Origin: Myxococcota bacterium
GTDB lineage: Bacteria; Myxococcota_A; SURF-8
Direction: 5' to 3'
Assembly (NCBI GenBank): GCA_963674735.2
Contig: CAXXQS010000001.1
Coordinates: 2,016,001 to 2,080,000, forward strand
Length of the DNA: 64,000 bases
Each line of letters starts with the position of its first letter. Position 1 is the first letter of the stretch. The position numbers and the translations under genes are program-made. The notes beneath the pieces were generated by a model. It made no database searches and was not told the origin of the DNA. It saw only the letters and a program-made list of their open reading frames with translations. This document shows, piece after piece, positions 41,056 to 51,048 of the stretch.

Positions 41056-42252
41056 TCAATCTCGCTTGAAATGACGTTCACATAAACTGGCGAACAACTC
41101 CACTCCTTGCGACAGTACATCTTCGTCGAAATCGAAACGTGGATTATGATGCGGATACACCATACCCTTCTCCGGATTGCCTGCGCCCAAAAAAACAAAA
41201 CAGCCGGGGATCTTTTGAAGGTAGTAGCTCATATCTTCCGCCCCCATCGTCGGAGGAGATTCCACAACCCATTCGTGCCCGAATACCGCCTGAGCCGTTT
41301 CGCGCGCAAATGCCGTCGCGACCTCGTCATTGATCGTAGCCGGGTACTGCGCCCGCCATTCAAAATCGATTTCGGCTCCATGCCCGGCGGCCACACCCCG
41401 CGCCATACGCTCGATCAATTCGGGAATTCGCGCTCGCACCTCGGTATTGAACGAACGCGCCGTACCAACCAATTCCGCCCGTTCGGCGATGATGTTATCG
41501 CTCGTCCCAGCCGAAATACGTCCCACCGTCACCACGGCGGGCTCCAGCGGATCGATTTGACGCGCCACGATGCTCTGCAATTGGGTGGTAATTGCCGCCG
41601 CTACCACCACGGAGTCGGTAGCCGTATGCGGAATCGCCCCATGCCCGCCATGGCCTCTTACCGTAATCGTAAAGCTATCGGTACTGGCCATCAGCGCTCC
41701 CGCCTTGATTGCCACGACACCCGCCGGGGCCGGAGCCCACAAATGCAGACCGAAAATGTGCGAAACCGGGGGATCCGTCAATGCAGCACCGGCAATCATG
41801 CGTTCCGCTCCGCCACCGCCCTCCTCGGCTGGTTGAAAAATCAAACTCACCGGCCCCGGGAAACGCTGTCCACTCTCGGACAGCCAACGCGCAAAGCCCA
41901 GCAAAATGGCCACGTGGCCGTCATGGCCGCAGGCATGCATACAACCGGGCGTTTTCGAGCAGAAATCATGGGTGTTTTCTTCCTGCAACGGCAGAGCGTC
42001 CATATCAGCGCGAAAAGCCACAGCCGGATGCCCGGGCTCCGATCCTTCCCAAACACCGATGACACCGGTTCCCCCAACACCCTCGCGGACGACAAAACCG
42101 AATTTCTTCAGACGTTCCGCTACGATACCCGCCGTCCGGAACTCGGCGTATCCCAGCTCGGGATGCCGATGTAAATCACGGCGCGTGGCTATGAGTTCGT
42201 CGGTCTGGCGACGAATTTCCGGCCGCACCTTCTCCAGAAGTTCTTCTGACAT
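41056..42252 (-). CDS. M20D-family amidohydrolase
   Basis: HRHPEL, RADMDALP, MHACGHDGH, FQPAEEG and HHNPRFD motifs. Confidence 0.95.
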   Translation of the reverse strand: MSEELLEKVRPEIRRQTDELIATRRDLHRHPELGYAEFRTAGIVAERLKKFGFVVREGVGGTGVIGVWEGSEPGHPAVAFRADMDALPLQEENTHDFCSKTPGCMHACGHDGHVAILLGFARWLSESGQRFPGPVSLIFQPAEEGGGGAERMIAGAALTDPPVSHIFGLHLWAPAPAGVVAIKAGALMASTDSFTITVRGHGGHGAIPHTATDSVVVAAAITTQLQSIVARQIDPLEPAVVTVGRISAGTSDNIIAERAELVGTARSFNTEVRARIPELIERMARGVAAGHGAEIDFEWRAQYPATINDEVATAFARETAQAVFGHEWVVESPPTMGAEDMSYYLQKIPGCFVFLGAGNPEKGMVYPHHNPRFDFDEDVLSQGVELFASLCERHFKRD

Positions 42253-42297
42253 TGCGTCCCTCTCTCGCGGATGTTTCCATTCCTTCAATCGGGACGA

Positions 42298-43947
42298 TTA
42301 TACCGAAATCGAGTCTTTGCGGAAGTCGCTATTTCCGATTTTCACATTCACCAGCGCCGCGCGGTCGGCTTTGAAGGCCCGCTCCAGCGCCGGACGCAGA
42401 TCAGCCAAGCGCTCGACATATTCGCCATGCCCTCCCAGGCCTTCCACGACTTTGTCGTAACGTGTGTAGGCCAATCGTGTCGCGACCGCGCGATCATGGC
42501 CGTACATTACCACCTGACCGCGATGGATTTGATTCCAGCGTGCGTCATTGCCGATAACACCCACCACTTTGATCCCCTGGCGCACCATGGCTTCGAATTC
42601 CATGCCGTTGAAGCCGAAAGAGCCATCGCCCATGACCAACACCACTTGATGGTCGGGTCGCGCCAATTTGGCGGCCATGGCATATCCCGGCCCCACTCCC
42701 AAAGTTCCCAGCGGACCCGGATCCATCCAACTTCCCGGCCCCTGCACATCGAGGATATAAGCTGCCGTCGCGACGAAATCGCCGCCATCTCCCACCACAA
42801 TCGTTTTGCTATCCATGAAATGATTCAGTTCACCGCACAAGCGCAGCGGATTGATCGGTTCCGAGTCGGTCTCAAGCTCGGCTTCCGTTTTCGCAATGAT
42901 ACGCCGATCGATCGTCGAAACATCCTTCAACCACTGAGACCAGTCGGGCGTTTTCGTTCCCAGAGCATCGGCCAGTTGCGATAGCACCCAACCGGTATCG
43001 CCCGTGATTCCGACATCGACCGTACGGTTGCGACCGATTTCAGAGCCCGACAGATCGATTTGAATCAATTTGGACGGGGCGGCGATCTTCTCGCCGTAAC
43101 CCAGCCGGAAATCCAATGGCGTTCCACACACGATGACACAATCACTCATGCCCAGCGCCTTGGACCGCGCCCGTTTGAAGGCGGCCGGATGAGTTTTCGG
43201 CAAAGCCCCGCGCGCCATACCATTGAGGAATGTCGGAATCGTCGCCGTTTCGAGAAAACGGACCAACCCTTCGCGATTTTGCGACCAACGCCATTGAGAT
43301 CCGACGATCAGCAGGGGCCGTTCGGCTTGCCGGATCAGGTCGGCGGCCCGCTCGATGTAACGCGGATCCCCTTGGGTCGTCGCCGGGCTGCGATAGCCGG
43401 GGTAATGGATGACCTGACTGTCTTCCGCTCCCCCCAACAGCATATCAATCGGCATCTCCAAAAACACCGGACCCGGCACATCGGTCGTCGCAATGCGAAA
43501 AGCCATCTGTACATACTCAGCCAGCCGCCGCGCCTCGGGGACCGAGACCGCCCATTTGGTGATCGGGCGCATGACCTCGACGTGATTCATGTCCTGCAAC
43601 GATCCACGATCCTGACCGCCGAAAGGACCATAAGTGCGTGATCCCTGCCCGCCGATGACAATCAGCGGCACCTGGGCGCGATACGCGCTGGCAACAGCCG
43701 TAACAGCATCGGTGACCCCCGGTCCAGCCGTGACTGCCGCAACGCCCGGATGACCCGTCACCCGCGCCCACCCATCGGCGGCATGCGCAGCCGACTGCTC
43801 GTGTCGAAAATCCACCACCCGAATTCCTTCGTCCAGACAACCATCGTAAATCGATTGGATATGCCCGCCACACAGGGTGAACAAATGGCTCACCCCTTCT
43901 TCTTTCAAGGCCTGCGCCACGATCTGACCGCCATGTAAAAACGCCAT
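42298..43947 (-). CDS. ThDP-dependent enzyme (acetolactate synthase-like / 2-hydroxyacyl-CoA lyase-like)
   Basis: FTLCGGHI, RHEQSA, TAGPG, DPGPLGTLGVG and GDGSFG...GND motifs. Confidence 0.9.
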   Translation of the reverse strand: MAFLHGGQIVAQALKEEGVSHLFTLCGGHIQSIYDGCLDEGIRVVDFRHEQSAAHAADGWARVTGHPGVAAVTAGPGVTDAVTAVASAYRAQVPLIVIGGQGSRTYGPFGGQDRGSLQDMNHVEVMRPITKWAVSVPEARRLAEYVQMAFRIATTDVPGPVFLEMPIDMLLGGAEDSQVIHYPGYRSPATTQGDPRYIERAADLIRQAERPLLIVGSQWRWSQNREGLVRFLETATIPTFLNGMARGALPKTHPAAFKRARSKALGMSDCVIVCGTPLDFRLGYGEKIAAPSKLIQIDLSGSEIGRNRTVDVGITGDTGWVLSQLADALGTKTPDWSQWLKDVSTIDRRIIAKTEAELETDSEPINPLRLCGELNHFMDSKTIVVGDGGDFVATAAYILDVQGPGSWMDPGPLGTLGVGPGYAMAAKLARPDHQVVLVMGDGSFGFNGMEFEAMVRQGIKVVGVIGNDARWNQIHRGQVVMYGHDRAVATRLAYTRYDKVVEGLGGHGEYVERLADLRPALERAFKADRAALVNVKIGNSDFRKDSISV

Positions 43948-44185
43948 CGAACACCTTCCTTCATTGTGACTGAAGAGGATGCTTCCACATCCTCGGACTT
44001 ATCGAATATCGCAGTTTTCCATTGTGTTTGCGCTACGTTACAGATTAGAGAGTTGAAAGCACGTCTTGATTCCCATCAATTAAACTCGCTTGCGCCTGGC
44101 TTGGTTTGCATTTCACGTCTATCTGGTTAGAATAACGACATTCGCAAACCGGCGAGAACACCACTCGCCCCGTCACGAGGCGCAG

Positions 44186-44905
44186 ATGGCGTTTATCCCC
44201 TTTCCCGATCCGATCCTCAAAGCGACCTTTCAACGTCGCTACAAGCGCTTTCTCGCAGACATGACTTTCCCCGATGGTTCGACGGTAACCGCTCACTGTG
44301 CCAACACCGGATCCATGAAAAGCTGCCTGGTGCCCGACGCCCCGGTCCTTTTGTGGGATTCGCAAAATCCCAAGCGCAAGCTGCGTCACTCTTGGAAAGC
44401 CATCCGCATCGGCCGCACCTGGGTCGGTATCGACACCGGCTTACCCAATGCACTGGCTGAAGCGTCTGTTTTAGCTGGTGAAATCTCGATTTTCGGCAAC
44501 ATCCAGACTGTGCGACGCGAAGTGCCGATGGGGGCTCACAGCCGCGTAGACCTCCTCGTCGAGGCCGATACGGGCACCTGGTGGGTGGAAGTCAAGAATG
44601 TAACATTGGTCGAAAACGGCGTGGCGCGCTTTCCCGATGCCGTCACCACACGCGGGCTCAAACATCTGAATGAATTGATGGAGCGTGTTCGTGAAGGCAA
44701 CCGCGCCGCCATGCTGTTTGTCGTACAACGAAACGACGGAAAGTGCGTCGAACCGGCCGACGACCTGGACCCGGCCTATGGGCACGGGTTGCGCGAGGCC
44801 AAAGCGAAGGGCGTCGAACTGCTGGCCCTGGGAGCGCGCGTTTCACCAAAAGGCGTTGAAACAACCGGACTTTTACCTGTTATCCTGCCCGATTTGGACA
44901 GTTGA
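44186..44905 (+). CDS. sfsA: DNA/RNA nuclease SfsA
   Basis: RYKRFLAD, HCANTGSM, EVKNVTL and FPDAVTTRGLKHL motifs. Confidence 0.96.
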   Translation: MAFIPFPDPILKATFQRRYKRFLADMTFPDGSTVTAHCANTGSMKSCLVPDAPVLLWDSQNPKRKLRHSWKAIRIGRTWVGIDTGLPNALAEASVLAGEISIFGNIQTVRREVPMGAHSRVDLLVEADTGTWWVEVKNVTLVENGVARFPDAVTTRGLKHLNELMERVREGNRAAMLFVVQRNDGKCVEPADDLDPAYGHGLREAKAKGVELLALGARVSPKGVETTGLLPVILPDLDS

Positions 44906-44914
44906 GGAATTGCC

Positions 44915-45262
44915 ATGTCGCCCTATTCCATCGACCGCGAAACCCTGGAATCTTTATGTGAAGTCACCTTCATCAAAGCCGGCGGTCCCGGCGGTCAACA
45001 CCGAAATCGACGCGAAACCGGGGTGCGGCTGCATCATCCGCCATCCGGACTCACCATCGAAGCTACCGAACGACGCAGCCAGACTCAAAATCTGGAAATG
45101 GCCTACGAGCGGCTGATACGGAAACTGATCCAACTTAACAAACCGGTGAAACCACGTCGCGCCACCCGGCCCACCCGTGCGTCACGCGAGCGGCGCATCA
45201 CCTCCAAGAAGCAGATTTCGCAGAAGAAAGCCATGCGACGAAAACCGGAACGGAACCAATAA
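44915..45262 (+). CDS. RF-1 domain peptidyl-tRNA hydrolase (ArfB-like ribosome rescue factor)
   Basis: GGPGGQHRN and a basic tail RRATRPTRASRERR. Confidence 0.88.
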   Translation: MSPYSIDRETLESLCEVTFIKAGGPGGQHRNRRETGVRLHHPPSGLTIEATERRSQTQNLEMAYERLIRKLIQLNKPVKPRRATRPTRASRERRITSKKQISQKKAMRRKPERNQ

Positions 45263-45286
45263 GAAACCACCCATTTTTCGTCCTTA

Positions 45287-46096
45287 CTAGGCGTTTTGGG
45301 CCATGCGATCCAACACCAGCTCCACAACACCGGGGACCAACCGTTTAGCCCATAGCGAAGCTTTAGCATCCATGCCCGGCACAATGAGGAAATTCCCGCG
45401 ATAAACTCCCTTGAGAGCCGCTCGCGCCACGGCATCGGCCGACATGACACGCGCCCCTTTGGAGATCGCCTTGGTTTCAACCGGTTTTGTGCGGTCCTCG
45501 CGATACAGCATCGGTGTATCGGTGTCGGGAGGACACAGCACCGAAACCGTGATACCGAAACGTTTGAGCTCGGCACGCAGCGCTTCGGAAAATCCGATTA
45601 CGGCAAACTTGGCAGCGCTGTAGCTGGTAAAGCCGAAGACACCCACCAATCCCGCAACGGATGACACGTTGAGGATCGCGCCGCCCCGATCTCTCATATG
45701 AGGAACCAGGACATGAGCGGCATTGAACGTGGCGTAAAGATTGACCTTTAGCACTTCGTCAAACTGCTCGGGCGTGACATCTTCAAAATAATGTGGGTGG
45801 GAGATTCCCGCGCTATTCATCAGCAGATCGGGTGGACCGTTCTCCTCGATCGCAAGCCTGAATACACGTCGGCAGGCATCCAGATCAGTGGCGTCAAGCG
45901 TATAAGCGTGGACGCGCTGGTCGGATCGGCGGCGCACCTGCCGAATGGCCTGGGCCGCCGCATCAAGCGCGTCTGGACGACGCGCCAGCAAGACCACATT
46001 CGCACCCTGGACGACCAACCGTTCGGCGGTCGCCAACCCGATACCGCTCGAACCACCGACAATATAAGCACATTTCCCTTTAAACGACGTGCGCAT
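45287..46096 (-). CDS. SDR oxidoreductase, 3-ketodihydrosphingosine reductase (KDSR)-like
   Basis: GGSSGIG, YSAAK and PPDTDTP...E..TKP.ET..IS motifs. Confidence 0.85.
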   Translation of the reverse strand: MRTSFKGKCAYIVGGSSGIGLATAERLVVQGANVVLLARRPDALDAAAQAIRQVRRRSDQRVHAYTLDATDLDACRRVFRLAIEENGPPDLLMNSAGISHPHYFEDVTPEQFDEVLKVNLYATFNAAHVLVPHMRDRGGAILNVSSVAGLVGVFGFTSYSAAKFAVIGFSEALRAELKRFGITVSVLCPPDTDTPMLYREDRTKPVETKAISKGARVMSADAVARAALKGVYRGNFLIVPGMDAKASLWAKRLVPGVVELVLDRMAQNA

Positions 46097-46125
46097 GACG
46101 TCCCCCTACTGTCAGGCTTATATAG

Positions 46126-46602
46126 TTACTTAAATATCTCAATCAAATCCGGCTCGATCTTCGTCCCCTCGATGGTAAGACGCGCAAGCGACACCGGTTT
46201 TCCTGCACGGGTGGGTCCGATACTTCCGGGATTGAGAAAGAGAACTCCACCCCGCCATTCGGCCTGCGGTAAATGTGTGTGTCCATGTACAACCACCGCG
46301 ATATCCGCTGCTGCCGGATCGAGGTCCAGCCGGTCAAGATCATGCAGCACATAAAGCGTGCGTCCAGCCACCTCGGCCCATTCGGTTTCAGGAAGCCGTG
46401 CCACATCGCTGCGGTAATCGGTATTCCCTCGCACCGCCGTCACTGGAGCCAGCGTGGCCAGTCTTTCCAAAATTTCGATAGAACCGACATCCCCAGCATG
46501 CAGAATCTGGTCGACGTCCGCCAGCAAATCGAAAACCTGCGGACGCAATAAACCGTGCGTATCCGAAATCACACCGATAGTCGTTTTACGCCTGCCTGCC
46601 AC
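46126..46602 (-). CDS. YfcE-family metallophosphoesterase
   Basis: SDTHG, HAGD, GNTD, GHTH and NPGS motifs. Confidence 0.93.
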   Translation of the reverse strand: MAGRRKTTIGVISDTHGLLRPQVFDLLADVDQILHAGDVGSIEILERLATLAPVTAVRGNTDYRSDVARLPETEWAEVAGRTLYVLHDLDRLDLDPAAADIAVVVHGHTHLPQAEWRGGVLFLNPGSIGPTRAGKPVSLARLTIEGTKIEPDLIEIFK

Positions 46603-46611
46603 ATCAGCCTC

Positions 46612-47016
46612 CTAAGCCGGTGCCTCATTCTCGTTCACGGCATCACCGACCGCTTCAATTACCAGTTTTTGCAGGTCTTCCGGGGTGAACGGCTTCAACA
46701 ATAATTCCGCATACGTCATGGATTGAATCGCTTCACACTGTTCCGGTTCCGGTGCACCGGAAATAAAGATCACGCGCATATCCCGAAACTGCTTCCGCAG
46801 TTTTTTCTCAAGCTCGAAACCATCCATCCACGGCATGTTAAGGTCTGTGATTAAAAGATCGATGGAACGAGCCAAGGCTTCAACCACTTCAAGCGCCCGT
46901 TTCCCATTTTCAGCTTTCTCGATTACATAACCGAACGATCCCAGTGCATAAGCGGTGATATCCAACAGGGCTGGCTCATCTTCGACAAGCAAGATGGTTT
47001 GCACATCGGCTTTCAT
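46612..47016 (-). CDS. Single-domain response regulator
   Basis: LLVEDE, ITDLNMP and KPF motifs. Confidence 0.9.
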   Translation of the reverse strand: MKADVQTILLVEDEPALLDITAYALGSFGYVIEKAENGKRALEVVEALARSIDLLITDLNMPWMDGFELEKKLRKQFRDMRVIFISGAPEPEQCEAIQSMTYAELLLKPFTPEDLQKLVIEAVGDAVNENEAPA

Positions 47017-47281
47017 ACCGTTTTTCCTTTAGATAACAACAACCCAAGTTGTTCCTGTTGCTCGAACAGTTTAGTTGCAATAAGCCACAACGTCACGTCT
47101 TTTTGCAATTTTCGATTAACAAAACACCCGGCTGCTTTCGCCTTTCAACAACGTCAAGCATGCCATTTCGGCATGTTCTCAGGTTTTCGGGCTAAGAATC
47201 CATGGATTTCATCTATAATATTGTGATAGTCTGGATAGACTCTTGGTGAGTGGGAATCACTTTTCAGCAAAGAGATCCAGG

Positions 47282-48481
47282 ATGCCTAAGCATAATAAGA
47301 ATGACCCTGATCATTTAGGCACAAAAGCAACATCCGAGAAACGTCCATACGCCGACATGGTGGAAGGACTGCCGGACGCGGTGGTGCTATTCAACAACAA
47401 GGGCATCCTGTATTGCAACGAAGCGGCTTGTCGCTTAGTCGGGGCCGATTCGCTCGATCAGATTTTAGGTCGACCCGTTACCGACTTCATCGCTCCGGAA
47501 AGCCGTGAGTTATTGCTTCAACGCCTTCAGTCATTAAGTATCGGGGACCAAATACTACCGCCCCATGTACAACTTTTTAAGCGCTTGGATGGGACGATTG
47601 TCGAAGTCGAAGTCTCAAGCATCCCCATCCACCTAAACAACGAACAAGCGGCGCTATCGGTTGTTCGCGATATTTCCAAACGTCATGCAACCGAACGCCA
47701 GATTCTCCAGGCTGAAAAGATGGCGGCCCTGCGAGAGATCATGTCCGGAGTGGCACATGAAATCAACAATCCAAACACCTTCATTTCTTTCAATATCCCA
47801 ATTCTGAGAAATTTTTGTAAAGCCATACAGCCGCTTTTGGACGATCATGCAAAATCCAATCCGGGTTTCAAAGTCCATAACTTGCCTTACACCGCCTTCC
47901 TCGACCGCCTGGAAAGCATTTTCACTATCATGGAAAACGGCTGTGATCGTATAACCGGAGTTGTCGAAGCGTTGCGAGATTACGTTTCAGGTCAAGACGT
48001 TTCCTATAAAGAGCCGACATCTGTTCAAAGATTGTACGAGAAAGTCATGGCGCTTGCGTCCAAACAGCTAGAACGTACGATCCGCGAAGTTACCATTTCA
48101 GTTCCCGACGACCTACCTCCGGTCGTCGTCAATGCCGACCGCCTGGTTCAGGTCATCATTCATTTGGTTCTCAATGCCGCCCACGCCGCCGACAAACCGG
48201 ATTCTCATCTCGAGCTCTCCGCCCGATATGAACCGGAACATGCAAACATGGTGACGTTAAGCATTGTCGACAATGGCTGCGGAATCCCCTCCGAAAACCT
48301 ATCCAAAGTCTTCGAGCTGTTTTATACAACCCAGAAAGCCGGATCCGGAAGCGGATTGGGATTGGCCATATCGAAGTCCATTGTCGAAGAACATGGCGGT
48401 CAAATGCGGATCATCAGCGAAGTCAACAAAGGTACAGAGGTACAGCTCACCTTGCCGATCGAGCAGGAGGATTGGGGATGA
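47282..48481 (+). CDS. PAS sensor histidine kinase (NtrB-like)
   Basis: PAS domain, AHEINNP, DNGCG and GSGLGL motifs. Confidence 0.93.
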   Translation: MPKHNKNDPDHLGTKATSEKRPYADMVEGLPDAVVLFNNKGILYCNEAACRLVGADSLDQILGRPVTDFIAPESRELLLQRLQSLSIGDQILPPHVQLFKRLDGTIVEVEVSSIPIHLNNEQAALSVVRDISKRHATERQILQAEKMAALREIMSGVAHEINNPNTFISFNIPILRNFCKAIQPLLDDHAKSNPGFKVHNLPYTAFLDRLESIFTIMENGCDRITGVVEALRDYVSGQDVSYKEPTSVQRLYEKVMALASKQLERTIREVTISVPDDLPPVVVNADRLVQVIIHLVLNAAHAADKPDSHLELSARYEPEHANMVTLSIVDNGCGIPSENLSKVFELFYTTQKAGSGSGLGLAISKSIVEEHGGQMRIISEVNKGTEVQLTLPIEQEDWG

Positions 48482-49851
48482 AAGAATCGATCCTGCTTGT
48501 GGACGATGAAATCAACTTCCTCCGAAGCCTGGAACTACTGTTGGTAACGGAAGGCTACTCCGATGTGGCGATTGAGGACAACCCGGAGTCGGCGCTGAAA
48601 CAAATCGCCGCCCGCGATTTCGACGTCGTTTTTCTCGATGTCAACATGCCCGGCAGCAGCGGTATGGACTTGATCAAACAAATACTCGAGATCAGGCCGG
48701 AGACCGCCTGCATCATGGTAACAGCCGACGAACGTGCCCCGACCATTGTCGAAGCCATGCGATTGGGCGCATACGATTATTTGATTAAGCCCATCACACC
48801 CAACCGCTTGCTTCTCGCCCTGACCCGCGCCCTGGAACGGCGAAGACTGCTTCGGTCCCTGGACGTTCGCGCAACCCCGAGAGCCAGAAAAGACCTGCAG
48901 CACCCCGGGGCTTTTGAAAACATTATCGGCGATAACCCCAAACTGGTAAAATTACTTCATGAAACCGAGTTGCACGCAGGGTCGGACATCACCGTCCTTC
49001 TTTCCGGAGAAACCGGTGTCGGGAAAGATCTTTTAGCGCGGGCGATTCATCAGGCAAGCCCTCGTTCAAAGCAGCCCTTCGTGGCCGTCAATATGCTGGC
49101 CATCTCCCCGACCCTGTTCGAGTCGGAGTTCTTCGGACACCGCAAAGGATCTTTTACCGGTGCCACTTTCGATCGAAAAGGTTACCTGGCCGATGCGGAA
49201 GGCGGCACACTGTTTCTCGACGAAATCGGCGATTTATCTCTCGATATTCAGGGCAAACTCTTACGGCTCTTGCAGGAACGCGATTATCGCCCGGTCGGCG
49301 AATCGATCTCTCGCAAGGCCAATGTCCGATTCATCGCAGCAACCAACCAGGATCTGCCGCAGGCGGTAAGTCAGGGTACCTTTAGAAAAGACCTCTACTA
49401 CCGCTTGCAATTCGCTCATCTGATCATCCCGCCTCTTCGGGAACGCCGCGACGATTTGCCGGTGTTGTGCCTGTCCATGCTCCCACTATCCTCCGAACGT
49501 TCGATTACCATTACCACATCAGCATTGGATGCTCTCGACACCTACGCCTTCCCCGGCAATGTCCGCGAGCTCAAAGGACTTATCGAGTCAGCTATCAATC
49601 TCTCCAGGGACGGAAAAATCACTCTGAAGGAACTGCGCCTGCCGGAATCATCCAAACGTCACAGATTCAACTCCAACTCCAAACCTGCCGCAGAAGAATC
49701 CGACGTAAGCCTTCCGCTCGCGGAGGTAGAAAAACGTCATATCCTGGCTGTTTACGAACACCATAACCGCAATAAAACTCGCACGGCCAAAGCCCTGGAA
49801 ATCGGTTTGCGAACCTTACATCGCAAACTTGAGCAATACGACAAACATTGA
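48478..49851 (+). CDS. Sigma-54-dependent response regulator (NtrC family)
   Basis: REC domain, GETGVGK, GSFTGA, LFLDEIG, FPGNVREL and a Fis-type HTH. Confidence 0.95.
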   Translation: MKESILLVDDEINFLRSLELLLVTEGYSDVAIEDNPESALKQIAARDFDVVFLDVNMPGSSGMDLIKQILEIRPETACIMVTADERAPTIVEAMRLGAYDYLIKPITPNRLLLALTRALERRRLLRSLDVRATPRARKDLQHPGAFENIIGDNPKLVKLLHETELHAGSDITVLLSGETGVGKDLLARAIHQASPRSKQPFVAVNMLAISPTLFESEFFGHRKGSFTGATFDRKGYLADAEGGTLFLDEIGDLSLDIQGKLLRLLQERDYRPVGESISRKANVRFIAATNQDLPQAVSQGTFRKDLYYRLQFAHLIIPPLRERRDDLPVLCLSMLPLSSERSITITTSALDALDTYAFPGNVRELKGLIESAINLSRDGKITLKELRLPESSKRHRFNSNSKPAAEESDVSLPLAEVEKRHILAVYEHHNRNKTRTAKALEIGLRTLHRKLEQYDKH

Positions 49852-49895
49852 GTTTACCTCAGCCGATCCTGTCGTTTTCTCTCTTGCCTTAGACA

Positions 49896-49982
49896 TGTCA
49901 ACCTGACAATGTCATTTTGACATTGTTTCCAATTTCCCGCAACATATCAGATGGTTGGGGAATTTGCCATGTCATTTTGACA
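49896..49982. promoter_or_regulatory. Three TGTCA-N3-TGACA palindromes (probable enhancer for the sigma-54 activator)
   Basis: Copies at 49896-49908, 49910-49922 and 49970-49982, 100-190 bp upstream of a sigma-54 promoter. Confidence 0.7.
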
Positions 49983-50082
49983 CGATTTACCCGAAAATCA
50001 AAGAGGTCCGCCCAGCGCCTTCTATTTCTTCTAATTCCTTGTTTTTAGTTATTATTTTTGTTTTATGCTTTTCTTTTTTATT

Positions 50083-50099
50083 TTGGCATTCCTCTTGCT
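50083..50099 (+). promoter_or_regulatory. Sigma-54 (-24/-12) promoter
   Basis: TTGGCATTCCTCTTGCT fits GG-N10-GC. An AT-rich stretch lies upstream. Confidence 0.75.
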
Positions 50100-50153
50100 C
50101 TATCTTTAGGCCGTTGGGAGACGCAAAAGAAAACCCAACGAAAGGAGCAAAAG

Positions 50154-50648
50154 ATGGGCAATCAAAAACATCCTTCGAAAACAGACGGAACACCCCCCCA
50201 TCTGACAGTCACATCCGATATGATCCAAGAAAAAACTCCACATCTATTATTCCGCCTGCATGATAAGCGCTTCGGTCTTTCGATCTCGACCATCCGAGAA
50301 ATCGTCGGTTTAGCGGCGATCGCCCGACTGAAGAACGGAGATCAGCCTCTGCGCGGCAACATCACGGTGCGAGGAATCGATATCCCTTTGACCGACATCA
50401 CCGCGTTGTTGGACTTACCCGCAGGACCGCTGGAAGACAAAGCGGCGGTGATGGTTTTGCGCGACCATGGCAAAGACTCCAAACCGATCGGCATTGTGAT
50501 CGATGAGGTACTGGGTGTGGCTCACATCGCCAGCCCCTACAACCCATCAGCCGATCGATCCAGCCTCATCAAAGGCGAACTCGAACACGAAGGACAGCGA
50601 ATCTGCGTATTATCCGCCCAAACACTCAGGGATCATACTCAAATATGA
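50154..50648 (+). CDS. CheW-like protein
   Basis: LLFRL...FGLSISTIREIV, LRGNITVRG..IPL.D and IGIVIDEVLGV motifs. Confidence 0.8.
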   Translation: MGNQKHPSKTDGTPPHLTVTSDMIQEKTPHLLFRLHDKRFGLSISTIREIVGLAAIARLKNGDQPLRGNITVRGIDIPLTDITALLDLPAGPLEDKAAVMVLRDHGKDSKPIGIVIDEVLGVAHIASPYNPSADRSSLIKGELEHEGQRICVLSAQTLRDHTQI

Positions 50649-50679
50649 ACAATCAATTGAAGACGATGGGAGACAAACA

Positions 50680-51018
50680 ATGAGAAGCACTACAGATCTT
50701 AAGAACAATCAAACCAGCATATTCGCCTTACAGAAAAATCTACGGCAGCTGGAACATAATGTGGTGCATCTTCTCGATCGTTTTCAACGTGACTGCCACC
50801 AAACAGATATGCAAGCGGCCAGCCAACTTCTAGGGCGATTGATGTTGCAACGTTTGAGGCTGGTGGAATCCACTTTTAACAAGCAATCTGGAACGCTGGC
50901 TGAAAGCAGTCGAGCTATCTCGGAACTTAGACTGGAAGTCAGGCGACTGAGACATGGCGAGAAAACCTGCCCTTGTAATCCCAGTCGATTCATCCCGATA
51001 AAACATTTTTCGATTTAA
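50680..51018 (+). CDS. Hypothetical helical protein
   Basis: GGGAG RBS and an ORF filling the gap between cheW and the receiver gene. Confidence 0.45.
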   Translation: MRSTTDLKNNQTSIFALQKNLRQLEHNVVHLLDRFQRDCHQTDMQAASQLLGRLMLQRLRLVESTFNKQSGTLAESSRAISELRLEVRRLRHGEKTCPCNPSRFIPIKHFSI

Positions 51019-51048
51019 CTATCAACGAATTGAATCAAGGAAACAACC

